From NCBI GenBank assembly GCA_965249275.1, contig CBDFLQ010000007.1:576001-640000 (forward strand): 64,000 nucleotides of DNA, read 5' to 3'. The notes below the pieces were generated by a model. That model was not told the DNA's origin. It made no database searches and saw only the letters and a list, made by a program, of their open reading frames with translations. The position numbers were made by a program, and so were the translations under genes. Positions 56,848 to 64,000 of the stretch are shown here, piece after piece. Position 1 is the stretch's first letter, and each line of letters opens with the position of its first letter. The stretch is from Dehalococcoidia bacterium (GTDB lineage: Bacteria; Chloroflexota; Dehalococcoidia; Plut-88900).

Positions 56848-59800
56848 CTATTCGTATCGCAGGGCTTCCGCAGGCGCTATCCGGCCCGCACTTCTCGCCG
56901 GAAGGAACGTCGTGAGCAGGGACAGTACGTAGGCTACTACCACTATCAGCAGTACCTGTGCCCACGGCACTACCAGCCTGATGTCAGATTCCTCGTACCG
57001 GATAGAGCTGATCACGTTTATCGAAGTCAGCAGCCCCAGAACCAAGCCAAGCCCGATCCCCAGCAATGCGATAAACGATGACTCCAGGAGGAATGACAGC
57101 TGCACCATCCCTCTCGAATACCCGATGGCTCGCAGCACTCCTATCTGGTGCCGACGCTCTACCACTGCCCTCGCACTGACAACACCCAGCGCCGCAATTC
57201 CTACTACCAGACCCAGGGACATGAAAGCAAGCAACAAGTTTGTAAAGGCGCGGTTGGAACCCTGAAGCCCATCGATCACCTCTTTAATGTCAAGGGTCTC
57301 CATTCCGTTGGTGAAGAACTCCGCCTCGATCTTCTGCGCAGCATCCTCCGTTCCAGGTTCCACGTTGAAGAAGAACTGGTTGGGATCAACGTCCCTGGGC
57401 AACTGGGCATCCAGTAGTCTCGTCGATGTGTATACCGCTACCGGAAGCAGCCCCTGGGACGCAAAGTCGTCGAAAACACCTACAACCGTAAGCTCAACTG
57501 TGGTATTGCTCCTCAGGTCCCGGACCTCTATCTGCACGGGGTCAATGTAGTCGTTTTCCTGGAACAGGCCCTCCACTCCAGCCAGCGTAAACCTTTCCGC
57601 ATCCACGTCGAACTGGAAGTCGCTTCTGGATGGCACCAGGAAGGAATTGACAACCGCCAGCCCAGGTTTCTCTTTGACGTCTCTCCACAGCTTCCGGGTG
57701 TCTACATCTCCATCCTCCAGGTATTCAGGCGCTGACAACATGATCTGGTACAGGTTCGAATCGGCGAAATCGTCGTCAACCCCTGTAAGTATCGTGTCCG
57801 AAAAATCGTCTCCCACTCCATCCGTCAGCCTGGCTTCCGCCTCCCAGATATTTCTCAGTATCCCCACCGAGGGCTTCCCATCCACCCGACTCACGAAGTC
57901 CAGGTCCGGGTTGGCCTCGATGGCCGCGGTTAGGTCGGTGACGGGATTGGTCTCGTTCAGCGAAAACGCCATGACTTGATAGCCGCCGCCCAGCCTGTCC
58001 TCGTCTCCCAGCAGTTCGTTGAACCCCTCGATCACAACGCTCATCACGGTAACCGAATAGATCACCACAGCAAACATCGCTACGGATATCCCCGTCCGGA
58101 ACCCGAACCTGAGCGGGTAAGCAATCGACGACTTGATTATCGGGGCGAATCCCTTTATCCGGCCTACCGTCCGAGAAACTAGCCCCAGCACGAAATCTGT
58201 GTTGTTGACCGTAACCAGCACGGCCCCGAGAACCAGCATCGTACCCGTCACGAAAAACACCGTGAAGTCGCTGCTCCAGTCGTCTCTGATAGCCCTCCCT
58301 ACCGATGGCGGGAGCAGCCACCATATGACGAGCAGAATGCCCGCTCCGGACAACGCCCACCGGCGGGCCACGCCAAAGTATCGCAGGACTATCGCCGCAC
58401 CCAAGACGGCCAGGGAGGGACCCAGCCAGAACCATACCGCGTTTGCGGTGTTGTAACCTGACACCATTATCAATAGGCCGATTACGATTAAAGCTATACC
58501 GGCCGCCAGTGCTTTCTTTGTAGCCCGCGATTGTCGCGGCTCCGGTATATCCCTTATCGCTCTCACTATGTTGATCCGGCTTATCTGCCAGGACGCAAAT
58601 GCCACAGTGATCAGTGTCACCACTGTACCCAGGAAGAACGCAACCAAAACGCTGACCAGCTGAACGTGGGTGCTGAGGCTGAATTCGGATGTAACGTCCT
58701 GGCCGATTGCGCCTGCCGTGGCTTTCACCAAAATGTATCCCAGAACGATACCCACTAAAACCCCGACCACCGACGACCCCAACCCGTAGATCGCCCCCTC
58801 CGCAATGAACATCCTGATCAGATGCCCGCGCTTCATCCCTATGGCCCGGGACATTCCCAATTCCGCCTTCCGCTCCGCGGCCAGCATCGAAAAAATCAGG
58901 AATATCAGCAGCAACCCTACGCCTATGGAAAAGAGTCCGAACACGGTGAAGAAACTCAGGAACAGATTGCCCCACTCATTGGCAAAATCTATGCCCTCTT
59001 GCTTCACGTCGTGCATTTCAAGCCCGTTGTCCACCAAGGCCGGTAAATCACCGTGTCTCCCCACCACCGACTCCGTCAACTCCACTCCCTCTTCATCGTC
59101 CCCCGCGTTGGATACCAGGATGTAAGATAGCCGCCCTTCTTTGTCCAGCAGCTCCTGTGCGCGCCCAAGAGACACCGCCATCACCACCTGGTATTGGCCG
59201 CTATTGAAGAACCACCCGTCCATGACCGCCTTAATGGTCATCTCCCTGAAACTCTGAGGCCCGAGGAACAGCTGCAAAACATCTCCGGCCTCCGCGTCCA
59301 GCTCCTCCGCCCCCTCACTGTCCAGGTAAAGCTCATCATCACCCAGGCTGCCTATGTCCACAGGTGTACCGTCGATATCAAGCACCTCGTCAAAAGTCGA
59401 GGCTCGTGCCGGGTCCAGGCCGGTGATCAGGGCGTTTGCCTCAAACTGCTGCGACTCCAGGTTCACAACTGCCACAGTTTCAGTCACTACGGGCAGCAGC
59501 CCGTCCACATCCGGGTCAGGGTCCAACTCCGACGCTATCGCCGTGAATATCTCATCAGAAAAGTCGTCCGGCACCGCCTGGCTCTGCCACAGGTCTGAGT
59601 CCTCATCCACCCGTATCAGCTCATCCATAGTTCTAAGGCTCTGTATGACGCTGCTCTTGACGCTGTACGTCATCGAGTCCCCTGTGGTAAAGGCACTCAT
59701 TATGATCGCCGTAGCCAGCATCAGACCCACGACCACCAGAATGCCCCTGGCAGGGCGTCTGAACACCTGCCGAAATGCCATCTTCACCAGAATGGGATTA

Positions 59801-59898
59801 CGGAAAAGGATGAACAGCAGTACCGCCGCGAACACTATGAAGACTATGCCGAGCACTACGGCGTAGCGCTCTATTGGGACTCCAAACAGTTCGTCCAT
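56848..59898 (-). CDS. ABC transporter permease with two FtsX-like domains
   Basis: ERKAELGMSRAIG, ERRHQIGVLRAIG and C-terminal PAEALRYE. Confidence 0.92.
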   Translation of the reverse strand: MDELFGVPIERYAVVLGIVFIVFAAVLLFILFRNPILVKMAFRQVFRRPARGILVVVGLMLATAIIMSAFTTGDSMTYSVKSSVIQSLRTMDELIRVDEDSDLWQSQAVPDDFSDEIFTAIASELDPDPDVDGLLPVVTETVAVVNLESQQFEANALITGLDPARASTFDEVLDIDGTPVDIGSLGDDELYLDSEGAEELDAEAGDVLQLFLGPQSFREMTIKAVMDGWFFNSGQYQVVMAVSLGRAQELLDKEGRLSYILVSNAGDDEEGVELTESVVGRHGDLPALVDNGLEMHDVKQEGIDFANEWGNLFLSFFTVFGLFSIGVGLLLIFLIFSMLAAERKAELGMSRAIGMKRGHLIRMFIAEGAIYGLGSSVVGVLVGIVLGYILVKATAGAIGQDVTSEFSLSTHVQLVSVLVAFFLGTVVTLITVAFASWQISRINIVRAIRDIPEPRQSRATKKALAAGIALIVIGLLIMVSGYNTANAVWFWLGPSLAVLGAAIVLRYFGVARRWALSGAGILLVIWWLLPPSVGRAIRDDWSSDFTVFFVTGTMLVLGAVLVTVNNTDFVLGLVSRTVGRIKGFAPIIKSSIAYPLRFGFRTGISVAMFAVVIYSVTVMSVVIEGFNELLGDEDRLGGGYQVMAFSLNETNPVTDLTAAIEANPDLDFVSRVDGKPSVGILRNIWEAEARLTDGVGDDFSDTILTGVDDDFADSNLYQIMLSAPEYLEDGDVDTRKLWRDVKEKPGLAVVNSFLVPSRSDFQFDVDAERFTLAGVEGLFQENDYIDPVQIEVRDLRSNTTVELTVVGVFDDFASQGLLPVAVYTSTRLLDAQLPRDVDPNQFFFNVEPGTEDAAQKIEAEFFTNGMETLDIKEVIDGLQGSNRAFTNLLLAFMSLGLVVGIAALGVVSARAVVERRHQIGVLRAIGYSRGMVQLSFLLESSFIALLGIGLGLVLGLLTSINVISSIRYEESDIRLVVPWAQVLLIVVVAYVLSLLTTFLPARSAGRIAPAEALRYE

Positions 59899-59917
59899 CA
59901 GTTAGTTGGTATAGGAG

Positions 59918-60640
59918 CTATGCAGAAGCCCCGTTGCCGTCGTCCTCAATTCGCCCGTCCCTCATGCGGATGGTCCGGTGCGCCAATGCAGCTACCGCCT
60001 GCGAGTGGGTGACAAGAATAAAAGTCTGGTTGTTTTCTCTGTTAAGCGAGGTCAGAAGGTCCATGATTTCCTCGGAGTTCTCCGAGTCCAGGTTGCCCGT
60101 AGGCTCGTCTGCCCATACTATCTCAGGGCTATTCACCAGCGCCCGGGCTATGGTCACACGCTGCTGCTGCCCCCCGGAAAGTTCAGATGGATAGTGGCTT
60201 TCCCAGGCTTCCAGGTTGACTAGCTTCAGGGCCTCTCTGGCCTTATCTCGGGCCTCCCTGGACTTCACGCCCGACACCAGCAACGGCATCTCCACGTTCT
60301 CCAGGGCGGTTAGCACGGGCAGAAGGTTGTAGGACTGGAATACGTAGCCCATCTTGGTCGCTCGGTATCGGGTCTTTTCGTTGTCCGACATCCGCGCGAG
60401 GTCGTTACCCGCTATCTTGATAACACCGTCGTTGATCGCGTCCAGCCCCGAGAGACAGTTGAGGAGTGTAGTCTTGCCGCAACCGCTCGGTCCCATTATC
60501 GCCACCATCTCTCCCCGCACCACCTTCAGGTCGACGCCGTGCAACGCATTAACTTTTACGCGTCCGGTGTCGTAGACCTTGACTACACCCGTGGCGTCTA
60601 TGATTGCTTCAGTAGCGGAATTTCCATCAGCATTTTGCAT
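59918..60640 (-). CDS. ABC transporter ATP-binding protein (LolD/MacB-type)
   Basis: GPSGCGKTT, LSGGQQQRV and ADEPTGNLD. Confidence 0.95.
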   Translation of the reverse strand: MQNADGNSATEAIIDATGVVKVYDTGRVKVNALHGVDLKVVRGEMVAIMGPSGCGKTTLLNCLSGLDAINDGVIKIAGNDLARMSDNEKTRYRATKMGYVFQSYNLLPVLTALENVEMPLLVSGVKSREARDKAREALKLVNLEAWESHYPSELSGGQQQRVTIARALVNSPEIVWADEPTGNLDSENSEEIMDLLTSLNRENNQTFILVTHSQAVAALAHRTIRMRDGRIEDDGNGASA

Positions 60641-60845
60641 GGGTAATTGCGCCTTTTACCTTGCCAGTTTCTCTGGCAATAGTGTACTTTCTCTTTGGTG
60701 AATTATATCACTTGCCGGAATGATGGCCTAGAATCCAGCCGCCTCCCCCACTTGTGCTAAAGTCGGCTAAGTTTGAAAATCCACCATTCATCGGAACGTC
60801 CAGAGACCCTGAAACCTAGCTCTGTCGAGCAATTGAGGAGAAACA

Positions 60846-62060
60846 ATGGCAGGCCCGCTTACTGGAATCAAGGTTGTCGAGGTCGCTAATTTCCTTGCAG
60901 TTCCCTGCTGCGCCGCTTTGATGGCCGACATGGGCGCGGATGTCATTAAGGTCGAGCCCCTTGCCGGCGACCCCTACAGATGGTTGTCCTCCGACGGCAC
61001 CTATGGCGTCGAGTTCCCCATAAACTACGCCTTCGAGATGGACAATAGGGGAAAACGGGGAATATCCGTTGACCTCAATAAGCCGGAGGCGTCCAAAATT
61101 GTCCAACAGTTAACAAACGAGGCCGACGTTTTCGTCACCAATCTTCTTCCCAGGCGGATGGAGAAATTTGGCCTCACCTACGAACAGCTCAGCGCCGATA
61201 ATCCCCGACTCATATACCTTGCATTAAGCGGCTACGGGCCCGTCGGGCCCAAGAAAGACAAGCTCGGCTTCGACCACACCGCCTTTTGGGCTAGCTCCGG
61301 CCTCATGTCGCTGTACAGTGAGTTGGCGCCCGAGCCTATTGATATTCTCAATGGGATGGGCGACCACACCACCGCCCCGACCCTCCTGGCAGGCGTATTG
61401 GCCGCAATCCTGGAGCGTCAGCGCACGGGCAAAGGTCGGCTGGTCACTACTTCGCTCATGAACATGGGACTATGGGTTATAGGCGCCGACGTACAGGAAG
61501 CCTTGGCCTCGAACCGACCCCTTCACCGCCGGTCCCGAGTTGATGCCGTTGACCCCCTCATAAACACCTACAGCGCTTCCGACGGCAAATGGTTCCTCCT
61601 GGTCATGCCCGACAACGATGCCAATTGGGCTAAGCTCTGTAATGCAATCGGACACCCCGAACTCATCGCCGACCCCCGGTTCATTACCCTCGAAGACAGG
61701 AAAAACAGGTCTCCGGAGGCCGTAGCCATCCTCGACGGTATTTTCGGAGAAAAGTCCTTGGCAGAATGGGGGCCCATTCTCGACGACTATGACGTGATCT
61801 ACGCTCCCGTCCGCGAGATGCTCGACGCCCTGAGCGACCCCCAGGTGGAGCTCAACGACATGCTCCGCACAATCGAACACCCGGAGCATGGGCCCTACAA
61901 GATCCTGAATACACCCGTGCACCTGGAAGACACCGACATCGGGCCCAAGAGCGCCGCCCCGGAACTCGGCCAGCACACCGAAGAGGTCCTCCTGGAGCTC
62001 GGCTACTCCTGGGACGACATCACCGGCCTCCAGGACTCGGGTGCCATTACCGGGGGGTGA
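60846..62060 (+). CDS. CaiB/BaiF family III CoA-transferase
   Basis: PLTGIKVVE, GADVIKVEP, NRGKR and APELGQHTEEVL. Confidence 0.93.
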   Translation: MAGPLTGIKVVEVANFLAVPCCAALMADMGADVIKVEPLAGDPYRWLSSDGTYGVEFPINYAFEMDNRGKRGISVDLNKPEASKIVQQLTNEADVFVTNLLPRRMEKFGLTYEQLSADNPRLIYLALSGYGPVGPKKDKLGFDHTAFWASSGLMSLYSELAPEPIDILNGMGDHTTAPTLLAGVLAAILERQRTGKGRLVTTSLMNMGLWVIGADVQEALASNRPLHRRSRVDAVDPLINTYSASDGKWFLLVMPDNDANWAKLCNAIGHPELIADPRFITLEDRKNRSPEAVAILDGIFGEKSLAEWGPILDDYDVIYAPVREMLDALSDPQVELNDMLRTIEHPEHGPYKILNTPVHLEDTDIGPKSAAPELGQHTEEVLLELGYSWDDITGLQDSGAITGG

Positions 62061-62090
62061 GCCGAAGCCCACTAAGGCACAAACTGATTT

Positions 62091-62426
62091 CTATTCGATG
62101 ACAAGGGAGTCGATAGTCGTGTCGAATGCCCTTGCGATGCAGGCCAGCGTGGTAACGGAGCCCGCCTTGCGCCCTCGCTCAATCTCCGAAAGGTGGCTCG
62201 CCGATATACCCGTCTCTTGGGCAAGATCGCGAAGCGTGACTCCTAGGTGAGCTCGGAATGCGGCTATAGGACTTTCTCCGCGAATAATGGCTACGGCAAC
62301 TTTATGAGGGACTCGACTGCCGTCGTCTGCTTCGAATGCGACCAACCTGTCTTCAAGGTCGTTGTTTCGATTGATTAACGCATCGTAGTCAGCGCGGGAC
62401 AGGGTGACGGTTTCTTTGCTAGTCAT
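62091..62426 (-). CDS. XRE-HTH antitoxin-like protein (HigA-type)
   Basis: GESPIAAFR...LRDLAQETGISASHLSEIERG; GGAGG SD. Confidence 0.85.
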   Translation of the reverse strand: MTSKETVTLSRADYDALINRNNDLEDRLVAFEADDGSRVPHKVAVAIIRGESPIAAFRAHLGVTLRDLAQETGISASHLSEIERGRKAGSVTTLACIARAFDTTIDSLVIE

Positions 62427-62517
62427 ATGCTTCCCTCCTGTGCCTGACTCTCGAAACCGGCATGGTTACAGCTCCTTCGCGTTCGAAGTCGAAGATTACG
62501 CTGAAATTGCCAGCAAT
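62419..62517 (-). pseudogene. C-terminal remnant of a RelE/HigB-family toxin
   Basis: Manual translation IAGNFSVIFDFEREGAVTMPVSRVRHRREAYD*. It overlaps the HTH start and has no N-terminus. Confidence 0.6.
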
Positions 62518-64000
62518 CAAGTAGTAGCCGGGGCTCGATCTTCGGTGCCAACCTCCCCCCGCCCCACCCGTCCCTGCACTATCGACAACACAAACGCCAG
62601 CCCCAGGAGCGAACCTGAGACCAGGAACGCCGTTGATAGCCCTGATACGAACGCACTTTTCACTCCCTCTCCCCCTGACCCCGTCACCGCCGATAGGCTA
62701 GGCTCGTATCCCGCCGCTGCCATATAGACCGCAATTACCGTCGTTGATACCGCGATACCCGTCACGTTTCCCGTCGTCCTTGTCAGGTTCAATAGCGCGG
62801 CGGTGATCCCATGCGTACGCCCCGACCGTGAATTGAGGATGTCGCTCGTGTTAGGCGAATAGAACGTCCCCATCCCCGCCCCTGACAACGCCAACGCTAT
62901 CACGGCGTGAATCGGTGATGAGTCCACGTCCAGCGTCGAGAACGTGAACATCGCCGACGCAGCGATCATTATCCCCGCCAGCATCAGCCATCTCGGACCC
63001 AGCCGTTCCGACAACAAGCCACTCACCGCCCCAAACAAGGCCATGGATACCGACGCCGCTGCCGTGATCAAACCCGCCATGTGTGGCGCGTACCCCAATA
63101 CCTGGATCAGGTAGAAGGGCATCAGTATTACCCTTGGGGCACTGGCCAGGAACAGCAGAAACCGTATCCCCACTCCCAGGGAAAAGTAACGGCTGGCGAA
63201 ATACCTGAGGTCGATCATCGGGTGAGGGTTTCGAAGCTCCCACCAAACGAAGAAGCAGAACAGGCCCGCCGCCCCGGCCAGCCCCGCCACGATAGGTCCC
63301 GACCCCCACCCAAACCGGTGCGAGTTCGAAAGGGACAGCAGAAGAATCACTAATGTACTCGACGATGTTGCGGCCCCTACCCAGTCAAACCGTCCCCTCT
63401 CCTCCCCCGGCTCCGAATGCGATGGCCATCCCCTCAGTGCCCACACCGCTGCCCCGATCGCCACTATTCCCAAGGGTACGCTTGCATAGAACAACCACCG
63501 CCACCCGAGCTCTCCGACCAGCAGGCCACCCAGAAATGGCCCTGTCGCCGCCCCTGAGCCTACCGTAGTCGTGTACAACCCGATGGCACGGCCTCGCTCC
63601 CTTTTTGGAAACGCCTCCGTCACTATAGCCATCGCGTTGGCCTGTATACCCGCCGAGGCCAATCCCTGCGCCACCTTAGCCACAACAAGGACCCAAAATG
63701 CCGTTGAGAGTCCCGCCAATACCGCCGTTCCTATGAAACCCACGAAACCAATGGTGTACACCTTCGGCCGGCCCACTATGTCCGAAAGTCTCCCTACCGG
63801 CATAAAGGCCGCGCTGGTGCTCAGCACGTACCCCAGCGTCACCCACTGGACGGCGGGGATATTTACCTTGAATTCATCAGCAATCTCGGGAAGGGCAATC
63901 GCGACTGCCGTCTGCTCCGCGACGGTCAGGAATATCCCGACCGCTATGGCGATGAATGCCGGCCATTTTCGGAGACCGGAGGCGCATACGGGCGTAGTCT
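62517..64000 (-). CDS. MFS drug:H+ antiporter (DHA2/EmrB-like), 5' end beyond the window
   Basis: GRLSDIVGR, FPKRERGRAIG, GPFLGG..LGWRWLF and FDWVGA. The upstream frame continues (IALPEIADEF) to the edge. Confidence 0.9.
   Translation of the reverse strand, partial: TTPVCASGLRKWPAFIAIAVGIFLTVAEQTAVAIALPEIADEFKVNIPAVQWVTLGYVLSTSAAFMPVGRLSDIVGRPKVYTIGFVGFIGTAVLAGLSTAFWVLVVAKVAQGLASAGIQANAMAIVTEAFPKRERGRAIGLYTTTVGSGAATGPFLGGLLVGELGWRWLFYASVPLGIVAIGAAVWALRGWPSHSEPGEERGRFDWVGAATSSSTLVILLLSLSNSHRFGWGSGPIVAGLAGAAGLFCFFVWWELRNPHPMIDLRYFASRYFSLGVGIRFLLFLASAPRVILMPFYLIQVLGYAPHMAGLITAAASVSMALFGAVSGLLSERLGPRWLMLAGIMIAASAMFTFSTLDVDSSPIHAVIALALSGAGMGTFYSPNTSDILNSRSGRTHGITAALLNLTRTTGNVTGIAVSTTVIAVYMAAAGYEPSLSAVTGSGGEGVKSAFVSGLSTAFLVSGSLLGLAFVLSIVQGRVGRGEVGTEDRAPATT

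Overview
GC-rich bacterial chromosome segment. The gene content (four luciferase-like monooxygenases, many SDRs, CoA-transferases, amidohydrolases, ThDP enzymes, ComDE-like pair) is most consistent with a Dehalococcoidia/SAR202-like Chloroflexota genome; this is an inference, not a taxonomic assignment. The first ~16 kb is housekeeping (mtaB, B12 radical SAM, fabF, recJ, ccdA, lgt, xerD, uvrC). The rest is mostly catabolic paralogs, transporters, three toxin-antitoxin loci and a few decaying genes. No rRNA, tRNA, CRISPR array, prophage or transposase was seen. The main finding is two dispersed, oppositely oriented copies (~9478-10218 minus; ~48578-49309 plus) of an unannotated ~740-nt structured element that appears non-coding. 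Each copy has a sigma70-type promoter with a LexA-like box in the same position, a conserved ~190-nt 5' domain, a 15-bp long-range helix enclosing a strongly diverged hairpin-rich centre of almost identical length (399 vs 401 nt), and a 65-nt perfectly identical 3' core. It is a candidate new family of SOS-regulated large ncRNAs. Other oddities are a circularly permuted CcdA, a DEAD-box helicase that seems to need a non-canonical (AUC) start, two adjacent genes each broken by one in-frame TAG, a nested REP-like cluster and a RelE toxin remnant.
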